The notes under the pieces are model-generated. The model worked only from the letters and a program-made list of their open reading frames with translations. It did no database searches and had not been told where the DNA came from. A stretch of DNA of 64,000 nt from Candidatus Dojkabacteria bacterium (GTDB lineage Bacteria > Patescibacteriota > Dojkabacteria > J137): the NCBI GenBank assembly GCA_030834985.1, contig JAUQWV010000006.1:76168-140167 (forward strand). The letters run 5' to 3'. Below are positions 1-10,469 of this stretch, piece after piece; the stretch's first letter is position 1, and each line of letters starts with the position of its first letter. Made by a program: the position numbers and the translations under genes.

Positions 1-1608
1 AGAAGTTTTGAAAGCTTAAAGAATCCTGAAAAAACAATCCATTTAGGAAGAATTGTTCCTGAGTATAGGCTGACCAATGGAATAAGCAAGAAAACTTTTA
101 GGCGATGGATTAATAATTTGATAGAAATGCTTCCCGTTATAGAAATTAAAGATGAGTTAAAAGACTACAGAGCTTTTAAAAATGATTTAAAGCATTGTCT
201 TAAGCAAGTACATTTTCCACAAAATTATGAAATGCTAGATGATGCAATAGACACACTTTCTATTTATGAATTAACAGAAATTCATTTAAAGTTAATGAGT
301 AGAAGAGAAAAAGCTTCTACTTTAATAGCACCCAACATTTTACCAAGTTTCAATACCAACAGTGTTTTCACGGAATTTATAAAAACTTTGCCTTTTGATC
401 TAACAATCGATCAGAAAAATATTATTTTAAGTATATTCAATAGAATTAAAAAGAAGGAGTTAATAAATGAAATAATACAAGGAGATGTAGGAAGCGGAAA
501 AACTATTTTAGCAGTAGCCGCATGTATGGCAATGGCAATGTGCGGATATCAAAGTGTAGTTATTGCCCCTACAACAATTCTAGCTAAACAGCACTACAAC
601 AACCTTAAACAGATTTTAGATAAATTTAGAATCTCTACCGAATTAATATCATCAGAGAATAAAAAAGCTAAAAGTGCCCAGGTTTTGATAGGTACCTCGG
701 CAATTATTGCTCGTAAACAATCGTTAATTCAAAACCTGGGCTTAGTAATTGTAGACGAACAACATAAATTCGGTGTTGAACAAAGAGAAGATTTATTAAA
801 ACCCTTAAGAGAAAGTTTTAATAAGTACTATCCACACTTTATAAATATGACTGCAACACCAATACCTAGAAGCATTTCACAGATTATATTTGGCGACATA
901 AGCATAAGTACATTAAATACTAAACCAGCAGGCAGATTACCGATTAAGACCTTTACAGTGAATAATTCAAAAAGATTAGACAGCTATCAATGGATAGAAG
1001 GAAAACTAAAAGAGGGCGACCAAGTTTACTGGGTTTGCCCATTAATTATTGAATCTGAAAAACTACAGGTTAAATCCGCCAATGAAACATTTAAAGAAGT
1101 GTCCGAATACTTTAAAGGCTATAGAGTAGGATTACTGCACGGTAAACTAAAAGAAAAGGAAAAACTTGCTGTTATGACCGATTTTATAAATAAAAAGATA
1201 GATATTTTAATTGCCACATCCGTTATTGAAGTTGGAGTAGATGTGCCAAATTCAAACATAATGATAATAGAAAATGCAGAGCGCTTTGGCTTAGCCCAGC
1301 TTCATCAAATAAGAGGTAGAGTAGGCAGAGGTAATAAGCAAAGCTGGTGTTTCCTTTTTTATGACAATAATATTTCAGAAAGTAGCCTTAATAGGTTAGA
1401 ATTCTTAGCTAAAAATGCAAATGGGATGGAGATTGCAGAATATGATCTAGTAAATCGAGGTCCTGGAGAGATTTATGGAACAGCACAGAGTGGTCTTCCT
1501 GACCTTAAAATTGCTAAGATATCAAATTTAGAGCTTATTAAACAAAGTAAGGAATTAGCTATCAAACTTAGAAGTAAAGGAATAAATCAAATCCAATTAT
1601 TTGCTTAG
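1..1608 (+). CDS. recG: ATP-dependent DNA helicase RecG, 5'-partial. Frame 1 is open from window position 1. The ORF-track start at 118 is an internal TTG.
   Basis: LPFDLTIDQ + GDVGSGKT Walker A, VIVDEQHKFG DExH box, C-terminal RGPGEIYGTAQSG RecG-type motif. No in-frame stop between nt 1 and 118. Confidence 0.8.
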   Translation, partial: RSFESLKNPEKTIHLGRIVPEYRLTNGISKKTFRRWINNLIEMLPVIEIKDELKDYRAFKNDLKHCLKQVHFPQNYEMLDDAIDTLSIYELTEIHLKLMSRREKASTLIAPNILPSFNTNSVFTEFIKTLPFDLTIDQKNIILSIFNRIKKKELINEIIQGDVGSGKTILAVAACMAMAMCGYQSVVIAPTTILAKQHYNNLKQILDKFRISTELISSENKKAKSAQVLIGTSAIIARKQSLIQNLGLVIVDEQHKFGVEQREDLLKPLRESFNKYYPHFINMTATPIPRSISQIIFGDISISTLNTKPAGRLPIKTFTVNNSKRLDSYQWIEGKLKEGDQVYWVCPLIIESEKLQVKSANETFKEVSEYFKGYRVGLLHGKLKEKEKLAVMTDFINKKIDILIATSVIEVGVDVPNSNIMIIENAERFGLAQLHQIRGRVGRGNKQSWCFLFYDNNISESSLNRLEFLAKNANGMEIAEYDLVNRGPGEIYGTAQSGLPDLKIAKISNLELIKQSKELAIKLRSKGINQIQLFA

Positions 1609-1610
1609 AT

Positions 1611-2075
1611 ATGCTTAATAATAAACAAATCATAGTAATACTAGATAACATAAGATCAGTACATAATGTTGGTGCAATCTTTAGAACTTGTGATGGAGCT
1701 GGTGTTCACAGTATACATCTATGCGGCATTACTCCAACACCTGAGCATAAAAAAGTTCATAAGACTGCATTAAATGCAGAGGAGTACGTTAAATGGGAAT
1801 ACTTCAAAAGTACTCAAGAAGCAGTTAATAAGGCTAAAGAACAAGGATATGCGGTTTTTTCAGTTGAACAAAATGCTAATTCCAGCAAGCTGAACGAATA
1901 CGATTTCCCCGAAAAAACCGCTCTAATATTCGGTAATGAAATCACAGGTATAGGGCCTGCCATAATGGAATCTAGTGACAAAGTCATTGAACTGCCTATG
2001 GCAGGCAAGAAAAACTCCTTGAATGTAGCTACTTGTGTTGGAATAGTTGTATATTATATTAAAATGAAGCTATGA
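1611..2075 (+). CDS. SPOUT (SpoU/TrmH-family) RNA 2'-O-methyltransferase, short form
   Basis: VHNVGAIFRTCDGAG, LIFGNEITGI, NSLNVATCVGIVVY SpoU motifs. 154 aa. Confidence 0.7.
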   Translation: MLNNKQIIVILDNIRSVHNVGAIFRTCDGAGVHSIHLCGITPTPEHKKVHKTALNAEEYVKWEYFKSTQEAVNKAKEQGYAVFSVEQNANSSKLNEYDFPEKTALIFGNEITGIGPAIMESSDKVIELPMAGKKNSLNVATCVGIVVYYIKMKL

Positions 2076-2620
2076 AAACTATTCAACCAAGAATAATTAC
2101 AGGAAAATATAAAGGGGTTAGACTTTCTGTACCTAATAATGCTAGACCAGTTACAGATAGAGTTAAAACAGTTTTGTTTGATACAATCGGTGAGTTAATA
2201 GAAGGTTCTACTGTATTAGATTTATTTGCAGGTTCCGGCAATCTGGGTATCGAGGCTTTAAGTCGTAGCGCAGAAACCGTAATTTTTGTAGATGACAACC
2301 TTGAAGCTATCGAAACTATCAAATCTAACTTAAAAAAACTTGATATATCTAAAAACAGCCATAAAATCTTAAAATTAGACTATATCTCTTTTGCAAAGAA
2401 GTTTAAGGGCGGATTCGACCTTATATTTGTTGACCCTCCGTTTAACATACAGTCACGTGTTAAACTTGATATCATCTTAAGTTTAATAAATAGAGAAGGC
2501 GTTATAGTTTATAAAATAGAAGAAAAACAAAAAAATAAGATTAAAATTCCTGACAATTTAATAGTAGTTTTAGAAAAGAAAATAGGCATAAACACGTTAT
2601 TTTTTCTTAAAAGTAAATAG
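2072..2620 (+). CDS. rsmD: 16S rRNA (guanine966-N2)-methyltransferase RsmD
   Basis: DLFAGSGNLGIEALSRSA SAM-binding motif and FVDPPF motif. Overlaps the upstream stop by 4 nt. Confidence 0.75.
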   Translation: MKTIQPRIITGKYKGVRLSVPNNARPVTDRVKTVLFDTIGELIEGSTVLDLFAGSGNLGIEALSRSAETVIFVDDNLEAIETIKSNLKKLDISKNSHKILKLDYISFAKKFKGGFDLIFVDPPFNIQSRVKLDIILSLINREGVIVYKIEEKQKNKIKIPDNLIVVLEKKIGINTLFFLKSK

Positions 2621-2670
2621 CGCAATGCCTTATAGTATGCTAAAATAACCAATTAGTTAATAAAGAATAT

Positions 2671-2892
2671 ATGGCAGCAACACCAAAACATAGAAGATCG
2701 AGCAGCAAAAGAAGATCTACAATGGCATCCAACAGATATGATGTAGAACTTAATAAACATAGAGTTATTAAGAAAAAAGGTGGAAAAAGACTACAGTTAT
2801 CTAAGGAATCTGGCAAATTAGTGCCTCCACATATGGTTACTCCAGATAGTCCAACATACAAAGATATTAAAGTAATTAAAAAACAAAAGTAA
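2671..2892 (+). CDS. rpmF: 50S ribosomal protein L32, Cys-less form
   Basis: N-terminal PKHRRSSSKRRS resembles L32 PKRKTSKSRR. SKESGKLVPPHMVTPDSPTYKDIKVI aligns with E. coli [25 protein letters not shown]. Confidence 0.7.
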   Translation: MAATPKHRRSSSKRRSTMASNRYDVELNKHRVIKKKGGKRLQLSKESGKLVPPHMVTPDSPTYKDIKVIKKQK

Positions 2893-2901
2893 TTAAATTG
2901 C

Positions 2902-3375
2902 ATGGAAGATAAAAGCTCGGATCCAAGACATATTGCTCGGGTTTTAGCAGTACAATATCTGTTTTCTCAGAATAGGCCAGAGAATAATGATGGATTTGTA
3001 GCTTTTGAAGTAGAGTCTTTGCTCCAAATTCTAGAAGAGGAAAAATACGATAAATCTTTATACGAAAAGCTTATCGATGGAGTAGAAAAAAATACTCAAG
3101 AACTTGATCAATTGATAATTACAAAAGCTCCTGAATGGCCAATCGACCAAATTAACCCTGTTAACCTAGCTATTTTAAGGCTTGCTTTATGGGAAGGATT
3201 TGTAAGCAAGATTACACCGCCAAAGGTTGTAATCAACGAAGCGATTGAAATGGCAAAAGAGCTGAGTTCTGAAGCAGATGGTTCTTTTATAAACGGCGTG
3301 CTGGGCAATATTTATAACGAACTTAAATCACAAAACGAAATACAAGATGAATCCACAGATAACTCAGGAAATTGA
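2902..3375 (+). CDS. nusB: transcription antitermination factor NusB
   Basis: ARVLAVQYLF and LAILRLALWE NusB signature helices. Confidence 0.8.
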   Translation: MEDKSSDPRHIARVLAVQYLFSQNRPENNDGFVAFEVESLLQILEEEKYDKSLYEKLIDGVEKNTQELDQLIITKAPEWPIDQINPVNLAILRLALWEGFVSKITPPKVVINEAIEMAKELSSEADGSFINGVLGNIYNELKSQNEIQDESTDNSGN

Positions 3376-4078
3376 AAACTTCATAAAAAACATACTAGGA
3401 TTTAAATCAGCTAAAGTGGAGTACTTTGTAGAAGCCTTGACCCATAGATCTTATATAAATGAAGTTAAAGAAACTACCCAAAACCATAACGAAAGAATGG
3501 AATTTTTAGGTGACGCAGTACTAGAATTAGCTGTGACAAAGTACCTATTTGATAATTACCCATCTCATAATGAAGGTGCGTTAACAAGTTTTAGAGCCGC
3601 ATTAGTTAAAACTGAAAGTCTTGCTGAAGAAGCTAAACATCTTAACCTTGGTCAATATATACTAATGAGCAAGGGAGAGGAAGCAACTGGTGGTAGAAAT
3701 AGGCCCTACATCCTTGCAAACACAATGGAAGCAATAATTGGAGCAATCTATCTAAGTAATGGATTAGAAGCTGCAGAAAGCTTTATTATTGAGAAAATCT
3801 GTTATAAAACTGAAAGCATTATTGCTGATAGACTGGATCTTGATGCTAAATCCAAATTACAGGAACTATCGCAGGAAAAAGCTAGAATTACGCCTGTTTA
3901 CAAGCTTATCAGCGCAGAAGGTCCTGATCATAACAAAACATTTGAAATGGGTGTTTACATAGGAGATAGTTTATTTGGTCAAGGAATAGGTAAAAGTAAG
4001 CAAGAAGCAGAGCAAGCAGCAGCTTTTGAAGCTCTTAATGATTGGGATAAGCTATTTGATAAATATTTTAAAAAGTAA
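3347..4078 (+). CDS. rnc: ribonuclease III
   Basis: EALTHRSY and ERMEFLGDAVLEL RNase III signature. C-terminal dsRBD with GxGxSKQEAEQAAA. Confidence 0.9.
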   Translation: MNPQITQEIENFIKNILGFKSAKVEYFVEALTHRSYINEVKETTQNHNERMEFLGDAVLELAVTKYLFDNYPSHNEGALTSFRAALVKTESLAEEAKHLNLGQYILMSKGEEATGGRNRPYILANTMEAIIGAIYLSNGLEAAESFIIEKICYKTESIIADRLDLDAKSKLQELSQEKARITPVYKLISAEGPDHNKTFEMGVYIGDSLFGQGIGKSKQEAEQAAAFEALNDWDKLFDKYFKK

Positions 4079-4139
4079 TGACACATAAGGCTTTTTTTGC
4101 TATCATTCTAAAGCCTTTAAATAGTTATAAATAAAGTAA

Positions 4140-4448
4140 ATGGTAAAAATTAGATTATCAAGAACAGGAAAAAAGAACTATGCCAACTATAAGTTGGTTG
4201 TTACCAATGCTAGAGAAAAAAGAGATTCTAATGTAATCGAATACGTTGGCTATTTTAATCCGCATACAAAAGAGCTAAAACTTGAGCAGGAAAGAATTAA
4301 ATACTGGCTAGGAGTTGGAGCTCAACCTTCAGAAAGCGTAGCAGGAATGCTTGTAAAAAATGGTTTAATGGATAAACCGGCATTCTCAAAGAAATTTGCA
4401 GGTAAACCTGGTAAAAAAGCTCAAGCTAGAACCAAAACAGAAAACTAA
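4140..4448 (+). CDS. rpsP: 30S ribosomal protein S16
   Basis: MVKIRLSRTGKKNYANYKLVV N-terminus. Confidence 0.9.
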   Translation: MVKIRLSRTGKKNYANYKLVVTNAREKRDSNVIEYVGYFNPHTKELKLEQERIKYWLGVGAQPSESVAGMLVKNGLMDKPAFSKKFAGKPGKKAQARTKTEN

Positions 4449-5185
4449 TTTTCTACGGAGTTACTGTCCGTTACTATATCAGACCTGCTTGCAATATATT
4501 TTTCCATCAATGGATTTAATGAAGCTTCAATAGGCACACTAGTGTAAAGAGCACGTAAGCTATCGTTACTTGGAGAATTAAACTGGTATTTTACAATATT
4601 AATTTTCAGCTCCCAGCGGTTATTTGTATCTAAGCCGCCCATAGAGCTTAATTGCAATTCTTTGACTACTAAAAAATCCTCAACAGTATTTAAAGCTTGA
4701 ATAAAGCTGACTATATCATTAAAGCTACCTTGAACTGTAAATAAGAAAGGCACTTCTTGCAATATTATTGGCGAATCTAACTTGTTTGTAGAGTCTATTT
4801 CAGCATTTGCCTCGCTTAATCTTTGACTTATTATAGAAAGGTTATTAGATTGAATTAAATCACTAATTCGGTCACGAAATCTTACAACCTCAGTATTTCC
4901 TACAGGAGCAATTCCATCTATTATTGCAAGATCAGAAACTAATATGTTGTACCTTTCAGTTAGAGTATTTAACTTTGTAATTTCTGCATTATTCGCCATA
5001 ATTTCAGTGTTATTTTCTGCAATTAAATCCAGGCTAGAAAAGATCTCACTAATTTTAGGAATTGTAAGAGCAATCAGTATTACAAGAAAAAAGACAATCG
5101 CAAAAATAGGAATTACATACAACCTTATGTATTTAGTAATTTGCCTACTACTAGGCTTTTTTACAATTGGATCCTTATCTTTCAT
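4445..5185 (-). CDS. pilO: type IV pilus assembly protein PilO-like (bitopic inner-membrane component)
   Basis: Single N-terminal TM helix then periplasmic domain. Last gene of the pilM-pilN-pilO series. Confidence 0.55.
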   Translation of the reverse strand: MKDKDPIVKKPSSRQITKYIRLYVIPIFAIVFFLVILIALTIPKISEIFSSLDLIAENNTEIMANNAEITKLNTLTERYNILVSDLAIIDGIAPVGNTEVVRFRDRISDLIQSNNLSIISQRLSEANAEIDSTNKLDSPIILQEVPFLFTVQGSFNDIVSFIQALNTVEDFLVVKELQLSSMGGLDTNNRWELKINIVKYQFNSPSNDSLRALYTSVPIEASLNPLMEKYIASRSDIVTDSNSVEN

Positions 5186-5757
5186 ACATTACTTAAGCTA
5201 AACGATATTATTGCATCTACTTCTTCTGAGTCGACTCGCTGCTGGACGCCTCTGGCAAACACTCCCGAAAGCCGGCTGTCGGCCAGCATCGAGTCGACTA
5301 AAAGCGTTGCAGCATCAACATTCGGCAACCTAAACATCAACACAAATTCACCTGTTGCTTCCCGGGCATAAGTAACTATTTGAGCTCCTGGGTTCTTAGC
5401 TACAATTTCCTGGCTCAAATCAAGCATTTCTGTTAATTTGATATCCCTTCTTAAAACTGGTTCTAATAACTCACTTTTAGTTATAAGTTCACCATGGATA
5501 CGTCTAATATCATCATAGCCATCTAACTGAGATTCCTGAGTAGCTATCTGTTTTTCGGATAACTCAATTCTTTGATTTATTACAAAAGTCTGAATCAAGT
5601 TTAAAATAAAGAATATAAGCATTGCGAAGAATACCAACAAAAAAGAGTAAAGAATAGAGTTATCTCGTTCTTCAAGTACAATAAGCTCCTGCCTTGTTTT
5701 AGGAGGAACCAGGTTGAATTTAAAAACTCTTGTTTGGTCGTAAACACTTACATCCAT
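5182..5757 (-). CDS. pilN: type IV pilus assembly protein PilN-like
   Basis: Short cytoplasmic N-terminus, one TM helix and a coiled-coil periplasmic region. Lies immediately downstream of pilM. Confidence 0.55.
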   Translation of the reverse strand: MDVSVYDQTRVFKFNLVPPKTRQELIVLEERDNSILYSFLLVFFAMLIFFILNLIQTFVINQRIELSEKQIATQESQLDGYDDIRRIHGELITKSELLEPVLRRDIKLTEMLDLSQEIVAKNPGAQIVTYAREATGEFVLMFRLPNVDAATLLVDSMLADSRLSGVFARGVQQRVDSEEVDAIISFSLSNV

Positions 5758-5763
5758 ACAATT

Positions 5764-6813
5764 TTATAAAAGACCTTTCAAAGATAGACCAACAGCTACA
5801 TTAAAGCTGCTTAAATGAATATTTTGTATTTTTTGAGCTAGAGTAGGATCTTGTACAAAGTTAGCCATAAGGTTTGCGTTTACCACTGCAACACCAAGCT
5901 TACTCTGTAAATACTCGTTGTATTTAAGCAAATCAGATCCACCGCCTGTTATAAATACCTGAGCAACACCTGTTCCTCCAATTTTTTCTTTGTAGTAGGC
6001 CATTGTCCTTTGAATTTCAGCTGTTACTATTTGCAGTATTGGCTCAATTGACTTTGCAATTCTACCTTCAGCTTGAGCCGGATCAGCTCCATAAGTAATC
6101 TTATATTTTTCTGCCTGCACCATGTCAACACCTAGGTCAGAGGAAATAACTTTAGTTATCGCATTAGAACCGGTACCTATTGTTTGTGAGAACATTACAA
6201 TACCATTTCTACTCAAAATCACATTTGTACTTTCAGCACCCATATCAACGATCATAATATCCTTATCGGCAACCTGAGGGTAATTGTAAACAATCATTCT
6301 TGTAATTGCTAACGATTCTGTTTCAACTGCAAGGAGTTCAACTCCTGCTGTTTCCATTACTTGCTGATATCTTCCAATTAATTCCTTAGGAGCAGCTACT
6401 ACATACCAATTACTAAAAGTATTACCATCAACTGTTTTCTGATCAATCTCTAAAAAAGATATATTTACATCTTCTAAAGCCATTGGAACTAAAGGCTTTA
6501 AAGCCCATTGAATAGCTTCACCTACTTCTTTATCAGATACCTTTGGTAGGGTAATTAATCTTGAAAAAACTGCACTTTCAGGAACTGACATTACACAATT
6601 TTTCGACTTAATATTAGAGTTTTTCATCGCTTTAGTTACTTCACCTGCCAAAGTTTGAATACCTGTAGGAGAGTCATTATTCAATAATCCAACTGAAGTT
6701 GGAGTAGAGCCGATAGATTGTAGTTTTGCTTTATTATTAGCTCTTTCTATCTCAACTAGCTTGATTGAGAAATGTCCAAGATTAAGTCCAAAAAAAACTG
6801 GTATAGCAGCCAT
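5764..6813 (-). CDS. pilM: type IV pilus assembly ATPase-like actin-fold protein PilM
   Basis: FGLNLGHFSIKLVEI N-terminal motif of PilM/FtsA actin-like fold. 349 aa. Confidence 0.8.
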   Translation of the reverse strand: MAAIPVFFGLNLGHFSIKLVEIERANNKAKLQSIGSTPTSVGLLNNDSPTGIQTLAGEVTKAMKNSNIKSKNCVMSVPESAVFSRLITLPKVSDKEVGEAIQWALKPLVPMALEDVNISFLEIDQKTVDGNTFSNWYVVAAPKELIGRYQQVMETAGVELLAVETESLAITRMIVYNYPQVADKDIMIVDMGAESTNVILSRNGIVMFSQTIGTGSNAITKVISSDLGVDMVQAEKYKITYGADPAQAEGRIAKSIEPILQIVTAEIQRTMAYYKEKIGGTGVAQVFITGGGSDLLKYNEYLQSKLGVAVVNANLMANFVQDPTLAQKIQNIHLSSFNVAVGLSLKGLL

Positions 6814-6897
6814 ATCTTAATAAAAAAATTTTAATTCACTATCTATTGTAAACGCCTTTTAAGACAAGTTAAAGCCTTTTAGGAAAGATTTATTCGT

Positions 6898-7839
6898 TTA
6901 TTGGTTTTGAATTGTTCCATCAGTAATTATTGCGTAGTCAAGAATACTGTCAGGTTGAGGAGCTAGTGGTATTTTTGTTTCAATACTTGCAACTGGAGTA
7001 GAGGCACCACCAGCTTCATTGTAACTACTAGATGTAAATTCCCTTATTTGATCTTTAAGAGTATTGTTACCCTGTGCATTTAGTAAAATACTATCAAATC
7101 TATCATTCATTCTTGGAATAATCTGTAATGATATAGGTGTACCGCCAGAACCTACAACAGACACTGGCGATGCAGTGCCAGCACTTTGAGTAGTAATAAT
7201 TTCAGAGATATTTATTACAACTGAAGTTGCATAAGATCTTCCTGGAATTGCCCTAAAGTTAAATGTGTGAATAGGGGGACTAACAGAAAGGCTAAAAGAA
7301 TTATAAATAACAGCATCAGGATCATAGACATCTCTTACCGATTGAACACCATTTGCATCGCTATAAGTTAAAATAAACTCTATTGCTGCATATTTGTCCC
7401 ACCAAAATTCTATTATGTCTAAGTATCCGTCTAATCCCATATCGAAAGTCCTATCCTTATAAATTGGGAAATCTGTAACTTTGTTAGTATCCTTGGCAAC
7501 AATTGTGGTTCTTAAAGGAACATCGCTAAATTCACTGCTTATAACTCCACATGTATATATCTTTTGGACTAAGTCAGTTTCATTACAACTTATATCTGAA
7601 GGAGAGTTAAATGTATTTATAATTTCTGACAATGTTGTGTTTGGCTTTCCATATACATCTAGAACTTTTTTTAGCTGAGTTTCGGATGTATTGTATGCTT
7701 CTTCGTATTGTTCTGTTGAAACAACTTGCTGAATATCTCTATTAACAAGACCAACTAGGCTTACTACTATAATAGCTATTATAGTTAAAACTAAAAGTGT
7801 AATAATTAAAATTTGTCCGCTTTTTGTTTTTAAATCCAT
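6898..7839 (-). CDS. PilX-like / non-canonical minor pilus subunit (N-terminal TM anchor, no canonical G|FxxxE)
   Basis: Hydrophobic N-terminus ILIITLLVLTIIAIIVVSL. Sits between the minor pilins and pilM. Confidence 0.4.
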   Translation of the reverse strand: MDLKTKSGQILIITLLVLTIIAIIVVSLVGLVNRDIQQVVSTEQYEEAYNTSETQLKKVLDVYGKPNTTLSEIINTFNSPSDISCNETDLVQKIYTCGVISSEFSDVPLRTTIVAKDTNKVTDFPIYKDRTFDMGLDGYLDIIEFWWDKYAAIEFILTYSDANGVQSVRDVYDPDAVIYNSFSLSVSPPIHTFNFRAIPGRSYATSVVINISEIITTQSAGTASPVSVVGSGGTPISLQIIPRMNDRFDSILLNAQGNNTLKDQIREFTSSSYNEAGGASTPVASIETKIPLAPQPDSILDYAIITDGTIQNQ

Positions 7840-7842
7840 ATT

Positions 7843-8418
7843 TTAAAAATTCCTTGTTGAAATCGATGTTTGTCTAACTACATTATTAATATTATAGTTC
7901 GATTTTACATGACTTGCATTAATTAAGAAAATTATATTTGTTTTTGCTTCACTAGACCCATCTGTATATCCTAAATTAAACTCAAAAAGTTTTATTATTA
8001 ACGTTTGGGAACTAATGAACATAATAGAATTTTCGCCATCTGCTCCTAATCTTAATTTACAAATTCTAGTCCTTTCTTCATCATTACCTTCAGCACTGCC
8101 GTTTGAATCACACTTTTCCCAAACATACGTTACACCATTTTGAATAACCTGACACCTTTGTTGATTTTCTGCAGAATCACCACATCCAATAATATAGTCT
8201 GCATTTCGAATGTCTCTTGCAATAAGACCGGAAACATTTGATAACTCTTCTCGAACAAAACTTCGAGCCAAAGATAGCGTACTAATCTGTAAGCTTAATA
8301 TTAAAAAGCTAAACATTACAGTTATAGCAAAGCCCATAATGGCTAAACTTATTATAACTTCAATTAACGAGTAACCCTTTTTTAAATTTTTATTGCGTTT
8401 GTAATTGGAAACCACCAT
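7843..8418 (-). CDS. type IV minor pilin / pseudopilin
   Basis: Class III signal KKG|YSLIEVIISLAIMGF with Glu at +5. Confidence 0.7.
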   Translation of the reverse strand: MVVSNYKRNKNLKKGYSLIEVIISLAIMGFAITVMFSFLILSLQISTLSLARSFVREELSNVSGLIARDIRNADYIIGCGDSAENQQRCQVIQNGVTYVWEKCDSNGSAEGNDEERTRICKLRLGADGENSIMFISSQTLIIKLFEFNLGYTDGSSEAKTNIIFLINASHVKSNYNINNVVRQTSISTRNF

Positions 8419-9010
8419 ATCGATATGTTGTTAAGGTTGTTAATTTTGATTCTCCTCCAATAGAGTAGATTATTGTAGTATCAACTTTATATGCTTCACT
8501 TGTAACCCGCACACTCCTAATAGGAGTTATAGCTACCTGCTGACAATAAGAAAATTCAGATTCATCAATAATATAGAAAGGATTGCCGGAGCCAGTAGAG
8601 CATACTTCTGTAAAATCAAACTCACTTCCTGGCTCCGGCCAGTTATCAAAAGTACCGGTCGGCTGATATCTTAATACATAAACATTAGTCCCTGCTTGAC
8701 TAGAACCTACATTCTCTAACGAAAAATAATAAGGACCGGAACCAGAAAAGCAGGAACCTGTTCCAGACCTACATTCAGAAGTTTGTGGTAGAGTTTCATC
8801 ATTTAAAATTACAACTCTGGTTGGTGCTTTTAGAGCTTCTAATGCTTTAAGCAAAACCTCGTTAGCCTTATCTTCAATCTCATTATTTCTGATTTCAATA
8901 CGTGTTCTAGCAACTAAGCTAATTGACGCAATAATTGTAAAAGAAACTATAGCTAATACAATTATAATTTCAATTAAGCTTGCTGCCTTTTTAGATTTAG
9001 GCTTAATCAT
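8390..9010 (-). CDS. type IV minor pilin / pseudopilin
   Basis: Prepilin-type N-terminus KKAASLIEIIIVLAIVSF. Confidence 0.65.
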   Translation of the reverse strand: MIKPKSKKAASLIEIIIVLAIVSFTIIASISLVARTRIEIRNNEIEDKANEVLLKALEALKAPTRVVILNDETLPQTSECRSGTGSCFSGSGPYYFSLENVGSSQAGTNVYVLRYQPTGTFDNWPEPGSEFDFTEVCSTGSGNPFYIIDESEFSYCQQVAITPIRSVRVTSEAYKVDTTIIYSIGGESKLTTLTTYRYGGFQLQTQ

Positions 9011-9579
9011 GGTAGATTTAAACTATTTATATCTAAATTTAATTCTATATTTTTTTCAGCATTAACCATAGTATGAAACAATTTTATGGTACAGATACCT
9101 TCACCTTTAAATGTAGTATCAAAAGCATTTACGTCATTTAAATTATCCGGTACTGCTTCAAAAGAAACAAATTTACCTGTAAGCCTTGTAAAACCAATAC
9201 CTTTACAAAATGGAGTAGCAGCGGTATTAGAGCTTGGATTTATAGTTATATCCTGAGGTAAGATTCTTGCAATAAAAGTACTATCCTTAGTACACCTTAC
9301 ATTATTATTAACAGTTGAAGTTTTTCTGCAGTTATATGCAAAATATTGATTACCAGAAATAAATATTGAGTAGTGATCTGGAGTAACACCTTCAGTCCCA
9401 GCAGAGAGTGAATTTTTAGCTTTATTTTGTTCTGTTTTGATTACACTAACTAGTTCAGAATATGCATTTTGCATCTCGGAAGTTGCTCTAAAATTCATTA
9501 GACCGCTCCAGCCAAGACCCATTAAAATAGCAACTATCGCCATTACCATTATTATTTCAAACAAGGAAAACGCTTTCAT
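9007..9579 (-). CDS. type IV minor pilin / pseudopilin
   Basis: Prepilin-type N-terminus MKAFSLFEIIMVMAIVAIL with Glu at +5. Confidence 0.65.
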   Translation of the reverse strand: MKAFSLFEIIMVMAIVAILMGLGWSGLMNFRATSEMQNAYSELVSVIKTEQNKAKNSLSAGTEGVTPDHYSIFISGNQYFAYNCRKTSTVNNNVRCTKDSTFIARILPQDITINPSSNTAATPFCKGIGFTRLTGKFVSFEAVPDNLNDVNAFDTTFKGEGICTIKLFHTMVNAEKNIELNLDINSLNLP

Positions 9580-9583
9580 ACTT

Positions 9584-10378
9584 TCAGTATAACTGAAAAA
9601 GTTTTACAAAGTAATCCTGCAGAACTAAAGTCAAAATATATCCTGTAGCTAAAAAAGGTACAAACGGAATTAATACATTTTTATAGCGTCTGATTATTAT
9701 TACATAAACAATAGAAATAGCAGAAGCGGCCATTAAAGTATAAAAAAATGAGTAGAAAACTGCAGGTACTCCTAACATCAGGCCAATACTTGCAAGAATA
9801 TCAACATCGCCGTCTCCCATACCACGCTGCTTTGTAAGACGCACAATTAGCCATATAATTAATCCGCCTACAAGTCCGGCTATTAGGTTTGACAATGTAC
9901 CTAAAGGTATAAGACCAAATACATAGCTCGTCTCTGTATTTTCAAGTAAAACTCTTAAAATAAGAAAAGCTAAATTTATAATTAAACAGAATAAAATCAT
10001 TCTCTTTGTAGTAATCTCTGGAATAGAAAAAGAGATTAGATCAAAAAGAGACAAATAGAGAAGGAATAGTATAAATATTACAAGTGAAGATAAATAAACT
10101 AAACCTACTACAAAATTAATAGCTAAGATATCTAAGTACTCGTTTAGTTTTATTGCAATTAATATTCCCCACAATAATGCAATTCCTAGTCCTAAATAGA
10201 AATAAAGTGAAAAGTACTTATCTTTTTTTTGTTTAATTAACAAAATTGGAGAAATAATATAGAAAAGAAAGTCTTTTCTTGATTCAAACAAGATTACATC
10301 AGTGTAATTTTGATAAGCAAAAAAGAACAAGATTTTGTATGCAACATAGCTAAAAAACAGTGAGATTATTAAAAGCAC
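9584..10378 (-). CDS. pilD: prepilin peptidase (A24 family) PilD
   Basis: Polytopic membrane protein, 264 aa, with the GMGDGD-like region (QRGMGDGDVDILASIGLMLG) typical of PilD/A24. Confidence 0.75.
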   Translation of the reverse strand: MLLIISLFFSYVAYKILFFFAYQNYTDVILFESRKDFLFYIISPILLIKQKKDKYFSLYFYLGLGIALLWGILIAIKLNEYLDILAINFVVGLVYLSSLVIFILFLLYLSLFDLISFSIPEITTKRMILFCLIINLAFLILRVLLENTETSYVFGLIPLGTLSNLIAGLVGGLIIWLIVRLTKQRGMGDGDVDILASIGLMLGVPAVFYSFFYTLMAASAISIVYVIIIRRYKNVLIPFVPFLATGYILTLVLQDYFVKLFQLY

Positions 10379-10399
10379 TTTTTTAAGTTAAAAATTACA

Positions 10400-10441
10400 T
10401 ATTAATGATAATAAAGCGCCTCGACATTGTCGAGGCGCTTA
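10400..10441 (-). terminator. intrinsic terminator downstream of the major pilin gene
   Basis: Perfect stem AAGCGCCTCGACA / TGTCGAGGCGCTT (10414-10440), followed on the minus-strand transcript by a U/A-rich run. Confidence 0.7.
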
Positions 10442-10469
10442 AAAGCATTATCCTTTAACTATTACTTTT

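Noticed and set aside
4079-4139. Hairpin AAGGCTTT…AAAGCCTT between rnc and rpsP
   Set aside because: 8-bp stem with a 17-nt loop and poorly placed T-run. Too weak to call as terminator or regulatory element.
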